NCBI GenBank assembly: GCA_963797625.1
Contig: CAWCQI010000013.1
Span: forward strand, 28,964-92,963
Length of the DNA: 64,000 bases
Reading direction: 5' to 3'
Source: an uncultured Acidobacteriota bacterium
Lineage (GTDB): Bacteria; Acidobacteriota; Vicinamibacteria; Vicinamibacterales; 2-12-FULL-66-21
The notes beneath the pieces were generated by a model, which was given only the letters and a program-made list of their open reading frames with translations, searched no databases and was not told the DNA's origin. The position numbers were made by a program, and so were the translations under genes. Below are positions 10,799-20,918 of the stretch, piece by piece; position 1 is the stretch's first letter, and each line of letters begins with the position of its first letter.

Positions 10799-12609
10799 TC
10801 ATTTCAATAGCAGTTGCTGAACATCGTCACGCGGCGACGACATCATCGGCTTCGGGACCGAATCCGGTACCGCGGCGTGGGTGGCAAAGACGACCACTTC
10901 TGGAGACACCAGCTCGGGACGGGGATCGAGCCACCACGGCCCATGCGACGTGATGCGCGCGACTACCCGGAACGGCGTGTCCTCACCGCGAAACAGCATT
11001 TTGTACACTTGAATCCGCTCGGGAAATCTCGCTTGTTACAATGGAGTCAGGTATCGAGGGTAGAAGAATTCTGCATCGACGATCACGCCATTCGCGGGGT
11101 CGACAAGATACGCATACATCTCCTTCCAGAACTGACCGCCGTAGTACCTCGGTTCGAGGACGTAGGGAACGAAACGCAGGGGAAATGGTGGACGATCGAA
11201 GTGCTGGAGGTACGCCTCGATTGTGAAGAAATCGACCGTCATGCCTGACTTCAACGGGAGTTGCTGCAACCACTGTCCCGCGGTGTATCGCGTGTCGGTG
11301 ACGAACATACGTGCGGCTCGCGCCGAGTAGGCCGTCGAATACACGCCGACGAAAGTCACCAGCACGATGGCCGCACACGCCATGCCGGGGCGCGTGCCGC
11401 TCGTATCAGCGTGACGGCAGCCACTGCGGCCAGCAGCACCAGAGAGGGCCCGATTGGCATGATGAACCGCAAGGATCGATGCGGCGTGAGGCCGTAGAAC
11501 GCATAAAACGGCAGGATCCAGGCCAGGTGAATCCAAAACACCACGCGGCTACGTTGGTCACCCTGTCGGTGGGCGATCCGCCAGAATCCGAGGGCGAGCC
11601 CATAGACTGCCAGCACGAACAAGGGCCAGCCGAGGGCATTGGCGACAATTCCCAGGTACGGGATCCATGAACGATCGAGACAGCGAAGCGTACCTCTGGG
11701 TGCCCCTGTGAACCATGTCGCGATCAAGCCTTCGCGAAACAGGGGCCAGGACAGCACGGCGTACGGGGATCCCGCGAGAAAACCTCCAATCGTGCACGCA
11801 AGGGTGAGTGCCATCCGCTTGAGGCCATCACCGGACACGCCCTGCCTGAATCCCCTTCCGGTGAAGTGCGCCGCCAGAAATGGGATGGCGAGCAGAAACG
11901 GCGTGTACTTCGTCGAGCAGGCGAGGCCGGTCGCCAACCCAGCGAGCGCGTAGTCCCACCACGATCCCCGCTCTGCCACGCGAGCGAACCGCCACAGCGC
12001 CCAGAGCGACAGGAAGAACAAGAGGCTTTCGCCGGTCGCAAAGTGCGCCATGTTGACCAATCCCATGGTGACGGCCCCAAACCACGCGGCGAGAAGCCCG
12101 GTCGTCTCATCGAAGCCGTGTTTCGCGATCTGAAACAGCAGGCCAACGGTGCCCAACTGGAAGATCACCGACAGCAGTCGCGACAGTCGAAAGGCCAGGA
12201 ATTGAAGCGGGCGATCAGGATGCTTCGGATCGGTTAGTTCGACGTTCCCCTGCGTTTGATGCCGAATGGCCTGCCGGGGATACCAGGCGTATGCCAGACG
12301 CACGGCCGCGTAGGTCGCGTATACATGAAGGCTGGGATGGATAAAATGAGTTGGCTCGAGCGTCCGGTCGCGGATCATCGCATCCGCGACCTGCACTTTC
12401 TCATCCGGATGCCATTGATATGGCAGGCCCCAGTCGAGACCGCAAATACCAAGCAGCGCGCTCGCACAGAGAATGACCGTGAGCCACTGAAACGCCGCCG
12501 AAAAGCGCCACGGCGTGACGCGTCGGGCGCTCACCTCGAATCCGCCGACACGCAGGCTGATCTGCGCCGACCCGTTCATGAAACCGGCGACTCTCGTTCG
12601 AATCTTCAA
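10799..12609 (-). CDS. GT39/ArnT-like (PMT_2) membrane glycosyltransferase; frame shift near 11400 and an in-frame TAA at 11036
   Basis: 417-aa ORF with HPDE loop-1 motif and many TM segments (GLACSTKYTPFLLAIPFL). It continues in ORF 11036..11536 and, in the same frame after the TAA, in ORF 10799..11008. Confidence 0.65.
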
Positions 12610-12696
12610 CGGGGGGAACGTCGCTGGCGACGTTCCTGAAAAGAGAGGGGCATGTCCAGCGCCCTGCTGGTCGCCGAGCTCACGTGCGCGCCGCGT

Positions 12697-13443
12697 CTAG
12701 AAGCGAACCGCGCGCCGACCGCAATCTGGAAGCCCTCCCGCGCGGACGTCGGACTCGCCCTCGAATCCGGCGCTTCCATAGGTATATCGGAGCAGCAGGC
12801 CGGCGCCGATGTTCTGGTGGATGCTGTAGGTCATATCTGCGCCGAAATGAAGCCAACCGTGGTGTCCTTCAGCCGCACCACCTCGACGCTGTTGATCACA
12901 ACGGTCTCAAAATCAGTGCCGGTATCCGTATAATTGACGTCGCCGGCGAACTCCTGCTGAATGTTGAAAATAGTAGGTCCGCCGGTAAACAGAAAATCAA
13001 TCTTGTCGGTGTATGGCATGAACCAGACGGCCTGGAAGTGCCACGCGTTCTCGTCGTGCTTGAGTCCAGCAGCGGTCGCGCTGAAGGTCCGCGGGCGGTC
13101 AAAATAGAGCGGGTTCGGAAGCGACCCGTCGAAGTCGCGTCGCCGCGATCGCCGGTCTTATTGAAGGCAAGACCAACGCCCCACTGCTTGCCGACGCGGT
13201 ACGCGGCACCAATATCGAAGAGACCACCGCCGCCGAGATCCTGGCGCGTGTTAATCTCTGCCTCTTCTTCGTAGAGCGGGAACGTCGTGTGCTTTTCGAT
13301 ATCGCTACCTCCGACCTGGCCACCTCCGTTGATGCTGACCACCAGCTTGCCCTCGAACGGCATCGGAATCCACTGCTGCGCGTGGGCACCGGAGGCCAGA
13401 AACACAGGACCGCGCCGCTTACACAGATCACAAGCTTACGCAT
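12697..13443 (-). CDS. Outer-membrane beta-barrel protein (several frame disruptions)
   Basis: Signal peptide MRKLVICVSGAVLCF/LASGAHAQQ is split by an indel near 13400. Alternating beta-strand pattern (GLFDIGAAYRVGKQWGVGLAF). The recoverable C-terminal strand ends ..RF-stop at 12697. The end coordinate is uncertain. Confidence 0.45.
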
Positions 13444-13643
13444 TCGCACCTCATCGAAACGGTTTGAAATCTTCGACGCAGAAAGCCCTGCGCCGCGCAT
13501 CATAGTAGCATGCGCAAGGCGGCCCACTGCGAGCGACCAGCGGCTGAGGCGCGGAATCGACGAGAAAGATCGGCGAGTGGGATACAATACGAGACTCGGA
13601 CCGCGCTCGGCGCCGAGCATTCACCAAACGGGAGATCACTTTG

Positions 13644-14498
13644 ATGCCCCGGCTGTTCTATGTCGGGCTCCACAGTCGCCAGCCGATGATCGCTGGCTCC
13701 AGTGCGGCGGAGTCCGTGAGCCGCGGCGTCGGCTCTCACCTGCTTGTCGCCGAGCTGGTGACGCTCGCGCGTCTTGATGCCAGCCACGTTCTATCGCTGG
13801 TTTTCCGATCGCCAACAAGAGCTCACTTCCTTCGGCCGTGCGCGGCGCGGACGGACCGAGCGCTCGCGCCTCGGGCTGCTGATGCGTCACGCGCAGCCTC
13901 CCGGCGTGATGCTGGAGATCGGCCCGGGCAAGGGTCGCTGGCGTTGGCGGCGCGGCAGGCCGGCTGGCGGTACGTGGCCATGGAAGCGAGCCCGATTCTC
14001 ATTGCCGAACTTCGCAACAAGGGTCTCGAGGTCGTCGAGGGATGGGCGCCGCCAATTCTGAGCGCGGATCAGTCGGCCGATGTCGTCTATGCGGATCAGG
14101 TGCTGGAGCACATGTCAGGCATCGATGCCGCACGATTGTTCGTCGCCGAAGCGCATCGTGTCCTGAAACCGGGGGGCAGGTTCTTCGCCGTCGTACCCGA
14201 CTACCTCAAGGAACGCGGCTTTTTCTGGGATATCGACTACACGCATAACTTCGTCACGACGGAACGACGAGTTCGGCAGCTTCTCTACGACGGTGGATTC
14301 GAGGTCGAGCGGGTGGTGCGCAGCATCGGCGCCGCGACCGGCATCCGGCGCGACCTCCTGGCCGCCGGGGCGATGCTCACAAACATTCCTGGGCTCGACA
14401 CCTTGTCCCGGTACTCGGGGTCAGAGGACCTGCTCTTCCGCATTCGCAAGAATCTGTTCGAGACGCTCGAGTTCGTCGCGCGCAAGCCATCCGCGTGA
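13644..14498 (+). CDS. Class I SAM-dependent methyltransferase (two compensating frame shifts, about 13775 and 13930)
   Basis: GGGAGA RBS 8 nt before ATG 13644. The SAM motif I VMLEIGPGKG is readable only in the alternative frame (ORF 13774..14061). Downstream VVYADQVLEHM..LKPGGRFF is in the main frame. Confidence 0.7.
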   Translation: MPRLFYVGLHSRQPMIAGSSAAESVSRGVGSHLLVAELVTLARLDASHVLSLVFRSPTRAHFLRPCAARTDRALAPRAADASRAASRRDAGDRPGQGSLALAARQAGWRYVAMEASPILIAELRNKGLEVVEGWAPPILSADQSADVVYADQVLEHMSGIDAARLFVAEAHRVLKPGGRFFAVVPDYLKERGFFWDIDYTHNFVTTERRVRQLLYDGGFEVERVVRSIGAATGIRRDLLAAGAMLTNIPGLDTLSRYSGSEDLLFRIRKNLFETLEFVARKPSA

Positions 14499-15426
14499 TC
14501 AAAAGGCTTCTCGGGTCCTGGCACTTTCGTGCGCTGTTGACCGCCGTCGTCCTGGCGGTCCTGGTGAAGCGCATCGATTTCCATTCGAGCCTCGATGCGC
14601 TGCTCCGGTTGTCGGCCGGCGCGGCGGCCGTGGTCATCGCGCTCGTGGCAGCCGATCGAGCCGTAATGGTCTGGCGCTGGGGGATCCTCTTGAGCGCGAC
14701 TGGGCACCAATCTCGACCAGGTCCGCGATCCGGATCCACTTGATGAGCTCCTTCGTCGGCGCGTTCCTGCCAGCCGGACTCGGAGCGGACGCGGTGCGGG
14801 CGTATACCCTTTCGCTCAGGACCTCCCAGGGCAATGAGGCCGTCGCCTCCGTCGCCGTCGATCGGCTCCTGGGCATGTTGTCGATCGTCGCCATGTCTGT
14901 CGTCGGCGTACTCGCCGGGCGGAGTCAGGTTGGCAACATGACAAACGGCGTCCTGCTCACCACGGTGATCGCCAGCGGCGTGATCGCGTGCTTGTGGGCT
15001 GATCGCTGGATCCGCGCGGCACTACCGACCGCCTTGCACCAGTCAGGGCCCGGCACTCGGGCGCTCCGTCTGGCCGACGCGCTTGCACGGTATCGCGGGC
15101 ACCGCGCGGCACTGGCATGCGTGTTCGCTCTTTCGGTGGGCGTTCAGATTTTGCGCATCGTGCAGGCATGGCTGCTCGGCCGCGGCATCGGCATCGACGT
15201 GCCATTCTCTTACTACCTCTTTTTCATGCCGATCGGCTTGGTCGCGCTGATGCTGCCCATCTCAATCAGCGGCTTCGGTGTTCCCCAGGCCGTCATCGTG
15301 TGGCTGCTTCGACCACGCGGTGTTCCGGAACCCGACGCGCTCGCGCTGTCAACACTCATCGTCCTGACCGGGCTCATCGCCAACCTGCCGGGCGCCTGGC
15401 TATATCTGCAGCGGCGTCGCCTCTGA
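14495..15426 (+). CDS. UPF0104 flippase-like membrane protein (frame shift near 14700)
   Basis: GTG start overlaps the upstream stop (GTGA). VMVWRWGILL.. then, in the frame of ORF 14293, IHLMSSFVGAFLPAGLGADAVRAY, parallel to 4351..5358. Confidence 0.65.
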
Positions 15427-15457
15427 GAAGAGTGCCCGGCGCTACAATGACCCGACC

Positions 15458-17075
15458 ATGCGAGTCCTCCTGACGCTGGCACTGGGAGCATTAGTCGGCC
15501 TGCTGTGGCTCGGCTACGGTCGCGATTCTGACGCGCGCGACATTCTCACCGACGTCTACGCGCCACGGATTGGAGTCGTGCCGCCCGGTGCACCGGTGGC
15601 TGACGCGATCCCGCGTTTGAGAAATGACTTGCGTTCGCCTCGGGGTCAGGAGTTCCTGCAGCGGGTCGTGCCCACCCAGGCCGGGGCACTTTGGCTCGCA
15701 CTCGTGCTCGCGCTCGCCATCGCGGTCGACTTTATGCGCCCGCGCAACCCGCACAACTACGAACTCGTGCTGCTGCTCGCGCCCGGAGTGTTGTTCTTCG
15801 ACAGCATCCACTTGATTGAGTTGCTCGATCGTCCGACCTACCGCACGTTGGTCGATCTCGTTTTTGGAACGGTCGTGGCCATCACGCTGGGCTTGATGGC
15901 GCGTGCGATGTGGTGCGCGGTCAGACCCAGCCGTTGGCAGTGGCAACCAAACCTCACGCTTCGACCCCTGGCAGCATTGACTGCCGTTCTGTTGGTCTGC
16001 AACATCATGACGGCTCTGGTGCGGACGCCTGACGACGCAGGCTATTTCGTGAACCTCGGGGCGCAGCGGCTCCGGGAACGGGGCCGACTGCCCTATGGCG
16101 ATCCGCTCTTGACGGGAACGCCCGGCGCGGCCTACGGCCCTGTGCTCTATGCCGCACACGTGCCGTTCCAAGTCATGGTCTCGCCTCAACCGGTCAACAC
16201 GCGTTCGTCGCCGCAGCCGCTCCTGAAGCCTGAGTCGCCGTACTATCTTCCGCCAGCCCTGGCGACCAAACTCTGCACGATTGTGTTCCACCTCGTGGCG
16301 GTGGTTGCCCTGTTCGTCAGCGCGGCTCGACTCAGCGGCCGCCGCGATGTCGCGTGGGCCATGGCGGCGCTGTATTGCGGCAGCCCCTACGTGCTGGGCG
16401 TCGGCGGGGACCACTCGTTCATCGGTGGACTGACCTTCGTGTCGCACATCGGTCCCGCCGCCCTCACACTCGCAGCCTTTGCGTGTCTCGCCGCGCCGTT
16501 TGCTTCCGGCCTGCTCCTCGCCCTGGCCACCGGTGCAGGCTTCTACCCGATCCTGATGTTTCCGGCCTGGACGGCCTTCTGGTGGAGGAATCCCCAGGGG
16601 ATGCAGCGGTTCGTCGTCGGATTCGTCTTCAGCGGATGCCTGATTGCGGCCGGCACGTGGGCCTGGTCGCAACCGCCGAGGGCCTGACACTCTGGCCACG
16701 CTCATGCGCGACACGCTCGGGCACCACACCGATCCTGGCGGCTACGGATCGAGTGCGTTTGGATTCTGGGGCCAACAGACCGGCATCCGCGCCTGGCTGA
16801 TCGCGCCGCTCGTCGGCGGATCGAGCCTAACGAGTCCCGTCTACGTGGTCATGTTTGGTCTCGTCGGGCTCAGCATTGGCATCGCGCGCCACGGATCCGA
16901 GGGGGCGCTGGCACTCATGACGGCGACCATCGCGGCAGCGTTCTCGCTGGCGAAAGTTCACTCGACGGGCAGCTACATCGCCTGGTGGTACGGGTTCCTG
17001 TTGTTGGGTCTCCTGGCGGCCGATACGCAGAGAGAGCCGCAGAGTCTGCCATCCCGAATCGAGATCGCTCCGTGA
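15458..17075 (+). CDS. Polytopic membrane protein, possible GT-C-like enzyme (frame disruptions near 16650-16690)
   Basis: ORFs 15458..16687 and 16644..17075 are both strongly hydrophobic and contiguous. PDDAGYF acidic motif after the early TM segments. The function is inferred only from topology and context. Confidence 0.4.
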
Positions 17076-17183
17076 GTGACGCCTGACCTCCACGCCGTCG
17101 GGAGAAATGACTCCGATAAGGGGCGATACAGGTCGCAAGCCATTCTTTACAAAAGGCGCAAAGTAACGTAGTATCAAGTGTTT

Positions 17184-18334
17184 ATGGCACAAGTTTACGC
17201 GCTGAAGTATCTCGCCAAGGCGGCGGTCAGCGCCCCCCGCGACCTCGTCAACAGCTACGTCGCCCGACATCGCCCGATTCACCCGACCGTGCTGATTTTC
17301 CACTGCACGTTCGTCTGCGACGCGCGCTGCGAGATGTGCTGCAACTGGAAGCGCGGCGACCGTAAGACGCGACATGTCGCTCGCCGAGATCGACAAGGTC
17401 GTTCAGCTCAGGCCTGTGGAAGAACATCGAGAACGCCAACGTCTCCGGCGGCGAGCCGACAACGCGCAACGATCTCGTCGAGATCTGCCGGATCATGCTC
17501 GACCGGCTGCCCCGGCTGCGCAAGCTCGGCATGAACACGACCGGCCTCACCCCCCATCGCGGCATCCCGATGCTCACGAAGATCGTCGAGATGTGCCACG
17601 AGCGCGGCGTCATCTTCAGCACGCGCGTGTCGATCGACGGCGTCGGCGAGATGCACAACCAGGTGCGGCAGGTGAAGCGGGGCTTCGAAAAGGCCAACGA
17701 GACGATCCGCGCCATGAAGGAGCTGCAGAAGAAGCACCCCTTCAACTTCGGGATCTCGACGACGATCTTCCACATGAACCTGGACGATGCCGAGAACATC
17801 CTCGCCTGGGCGAAGAGCGAGGAGCTGGACATCGTCTTCAACATGGTCCGCTTCACCGAGCCGATGCTCGGGAACACCGAGCTTGCCGCCACGGCCGGCG
17901 TCGTCGGCGAGGAAGAAGAGCGGATGCGCCAGTTCTTCCTCGATCGCGTCCGGAAGGACTCGGTGCTCGACGGCCAGAACTACGTCTACATGCACTATGC
18001 CGACATGATCGCCAACGGCTATCACCGTCTGGCGCCCTGCCCGTTCCAGACGCAGGGCATCATGCTGAATCCCGACGGCGGGCTGTTCTTCTGCGAGAAC
18101 AGCGAGGTCATCGGCAACGTCAAGGAGACCGATCCGGAAGAGCTCTACTTCAGCGCCGCCGGCCAGGCCCACCGCGACTATATCCGCGACCAGAAGTGCC
18201 CGACCTGCCTCAGCCCCTGCCAGATGAACGTCGCCGCGATCAAGCAGGTCGCGCCCTACGCGAAGTTCCTCGTGCGCGCGGCCGTCGAGAAGCGCAAGTA
18301 TCACAACCAAGCCGCGCTCGTCGCTGCGCGGTAG
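17184..18334 (+). CDS. Radical SAM protein with SPASM-like Cys-rich C-terminus (two frame shifts near 17365 and 17400)
   Basis: CDARCEMC (CxxxCxxC) in ORF 17178. NVSGGEPT and the remainder are in ORF 17495. C-terminal CPFQ..FFCENS..CPTCLSPC. Confidence 0.7.
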
Positions 18335-18336
18335 TA

Positions 18337-18474
18337 GTCAGGGATCAGGGATCAGGGCTCCAGGGACTTGCCTCGGACGAGAGCCTGGTTTCTATTCAGC
18401 ACGGGACTCAGAGTTCGGAAACCCAGAACTCTCGTCCAAGGCTAGGTCCCTGAACCCCGACCCTGATCCCTGAC
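18337..18474. repeat. Long hairpin with tandem-heptamer arms (CAGGGAT)n / (ATCCCTG)n between convergent genes
   Basis: gtcagggatcagggatcagggctccagggac pairs with gtccctgaaccccgaccctgatccctgac. Inner stems ggacgagag/ctctcgtcc. It fills the gap between stops 18334 (+) and 18475 (-). Confidence 0.75.
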
Positions 18475-19176
18475 TTACTTCACACAAATCGCCATCAAGT
18501 GCCATCCGAACCGCCGGACGAGCGGTCGCGGAATCGCGTTGAACGCTCCCACGAACACGCCGTTATAGGCGACGGCTTTCCAGCCCTTGTGCAGGCGCGA
18601 CTTCACTGGAAATCGTTCCGGCACGAGCGTCGTCTCTCTAAAGCCTCGAATGAGGTCGCGGAACTCGGGGATCGAGTACAGCCGCAGCACCGGGGCATCC
18701 TCGTGCTCGAGTTCCACCTTCATCAGCTTCGACAGCGCGTGCAGCCACGACACGCGGTTGTAGACCATGAAGATGGCCGTGCCTCCAGGTACCAGCACGC
18801 GCAGCGCCTCCTCGACGATGCGGCGAGGGTCGGCCGCGTACTGCAGCACGCCGTGCGCGTAGACAACGTCCTGGCTGCCGTCGCGGAGCGGCAGCGCTCC
18901 CCCGTCGGCAACGATGACGGCGCCCCGCTCGTCGTGAACAGCGAGGTTCCGCCTGGCGAGCGTGACCGCCGTTTCCGACAGGTCGACGCCGAGCACCCGC
19001 GCGCCGCCGCGGGCGAACCGCACGAGGTCGGTGCCGACGCCGCACCCGACTTCGACCAGACGCTTCCCCTTGTAGCCACCAAAATCGATCACCTGGGGCA
19101 GGTAGGCGAGCTTGTCGAATCGGTAATCGTCGAGCTCTTCGAAAAACGCCCGCGTCCCGACCGGCTGGGTGGTCAT
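18475..19176 (-). CDS. Class I SAM-dependent methyltransferase
   Basis: 233-aa intact ORF; motif I VEVGCGVGTD. Paralogue of 8085..8857. Confidence 0.8.
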   Translation of the reverse strand: MTTQPVGTRAFFEELDDYRFDKLAYLPQVIDFGGYKGKRLVEVGCGVGTDLVRFARGGARVLGVDLSETAVTLARRNLAVHDERGAVIVADGGALPLRDGSQDVVYAHGVLQYAADPRRIVEEALRVLVPGGTAIFMVYNRVSWLHALSKLMKVELEHEDAPVLRLYSIPEFRDLIRGFRETTLVPERFPVKSRLHKGWKAVAYNGVFVGAFNAIPRPLVRRFGWHLMAICVK

Positions 19177-19261
19177 TTCCAGGTCGTGGATCCGCTCGTT
19201 CCAGTAGGTGCGAACGCGGGCTGGTGAGGCCAGCGGTATCGCTGGACGAATCGCTGCATGT

Positions 19262-19957
19262 TCATCGGGGCTTGGCGAGGCTGGCCTTGACGTAGAAGTT
19301 CGTCTTCAGCGCGAGCGGAAACTTGTCAGGGTTGGCGACTTTGAGCATCGCGAGACCCGGCCACCCCAGGTAGCGGCGGACCTTCCACCGGAAGAAGTCG
19401 GTCACGACCGGGATGTCGAAGAACTCGGTGTCGAACCCGTGCTTCGCGAAGCGTTGCTTGATCTCGCGGTAGCTGTGCAGCGAGCAATGGTCGACGCGAA
19501 ACGCGGTGAAGCTGCGCCAGCGAATCGTTTCGAAGACCACGTTGGTCCACTTGTTCGGGGTCTGCAGGAAATAGGTCCCGCCCGGCGACAAGACGCGCCT
19601 GACCTCGTGCAAGTGCGCGTCGCTGTCGGGAATGTGTTCGAACACATCGAAACTCACGACGGTTGCGAACGCGCGGTCCGCAAACGGGAGCGCCGCGCCG
19701 TCGACCTTCTGAATCGGCAGATCGCCAAACAGCCGGCGGCTCTCGTCGATCATCGCGGCATTGACCTCGACGCCACGCGCGTCGTAACCCTCACGCCGCA
19801 GCAGGTCGAGCATCCGTCCCTTGCCGCTGCCGATCTCGAGGAGCGGGCCGGCGCTGGGCGCGAGACCGGCCTCGCGCAGGAATCGAAGGTTGGCTTCGTA
19901 ATTCCCGTAGTCGTCGCGCTCTTCGAACCGTCGCTCTGGTGCCGGCTGTTCCATCAC
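19262..19957 (-). CDS. Class I SAM-dependent methyltransferase
   Basis: 231-aa ORF; LLEIGSGKGRM, VVSFDVFEHI, LSPGGTYFL. Confidence 0.8.
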   Translation of the reverse strand: MMEQPAPERRFEERDDYGNYEANLRFLREAGLAPSAGPLLEIGSGKGRMLDLLRREGYDARGVEVNAAMIDESRRLFGDLPIQKVDGAALPFADRAFATVVSFDVFEHIPDSDAHLHEVRRVLSPGGTYFLQTPNKWTNVVFETIRWRSFTAFRVDHCSLHSYREIKQRFAKHGFDTEFFDIPVVTDFFRWKVRRYLGWPGLAMLKVANPDKFPLALKTNFYVKASLAKPR

Positions 19958-20916
19958 CGCCGGAACCTGCCGACTGCCGGCTTCGATTCGTAGATCCGTT
20001 GGATTGCGTCGAAGTAGATCGTCGCCATGGCATCGTATCCGCGCACGGTCGGATGAAGGTCGTCGACACCGATGTAGCTCAGATCGTCTTTCATGCCGTC
20101 GAAGACTTCGACCAGGTCGGTCCCTTCCGCGGCTGCCAGCGCTCGCACCCGGTCGTTGAAGGCCGGAATGCTCTTCGCCACGGCGTCGCGTCGCCCACCC
20201 GGCCGTTGCGGTGGGATGGTTGCGAGCGCGACGCGGACGCCCTGGCTCCGCGCCTCGCCAATCATCGCCCGCAAGGAGTTGATCGCGGCGTTGGCGCCGT
20301 TCTGCCCGTTGAGCAGGTCGTTGGTGCCCTCCATGAGCAGGACGACCTCTGGCCGATGCTGCAGGAGCTCGCCTCTGAATCGTTGCACGCCCGTGCCAGA
20401 CGCCAGCTCGCCGGGGTTGCCGTCGTTCAGCACGACCGGCGTCTGCTGGCGGTAGCGCGACACGAGGCGACTCTGCAGCCCGGTCGGATACGAGTCGGGC
20501 ACTGAGGCGATGAGCAGCGACACGGCGGGCGAGATTACGCCGTAGGTCAGGCTGTCGCCAAACGCCAGGAACTTGTTAGCGGTCAGCTGCGGGGGCCCCT
20601 GCACCATCACCGAAAAGCCACAGGTCGCGGCTTGACTGCGCGAATCCCGGGCTTCGCACGCGACCGCCGCCGTTCCGACCGGGAACTGGCTGCCGTTCTG
20701 CGGTGTGCAGGTGGAGGTGATCGGCGCGGTGCCCCCGGACGTTCGCGGCGCCTCGAACGTCGCCGTCACAGCGTTCCCGTCAGGCGACTGCACGGCCACG
20801 TTGGCCGGGCACGTGATCGTCAGCGGTATGGGCGTCGGCGCATTCGGCGTGCTGCCGCACGCGCCCAGCCATCCGGCCACTGCGACCACAATGAGGTGCC
20901 GCCATGCGGCTCGCAT
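19954..20916 (-). CDS. Lipoprotein with N-terminal HYR-like Ig domain fused to an SGNH/GDSL hydrolase
   Basis: Lipobox WLGAC. HYR-like ITCPANVAV..FPVGTAAVACEARD..CGFSVMV. SGNH blocks FGDSLTYG, EGTNDL, DDLHPT. Only the C-terminal 320 aa of track ORF 19954..21660 are real. Confidence 0.75.
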   Translation of the reverse strand: MRAAWRHLIVVAVAGWLGACGSTPNAPTPIPLTITCPANVAVQSPDGNAVTATFEAPRTSGGTAPITSTCTPQNGSQFPVGTAAVACEARDSRSQAATCGFSVMVQGPPQLTANKFLAFGDSLTYGVISPAVSLLIASVPDSYPTGLQSRLVSRYRQQTPVVLNDGNPGELASGTGVQRFRGELLQHRPEVVLLMEGTNDLLNGQNGANAAINSLRAMIGEARSQGVRVALATIPPQRPGGRRDAVAKSIPAFNDRVRALAAAEGTDLVEVFDGMKDDLSYIGVDDLHPTVRGYDAMATIYFDAIQRIYESKPAVGRFRR

Positions 20917-20918
20917 CG

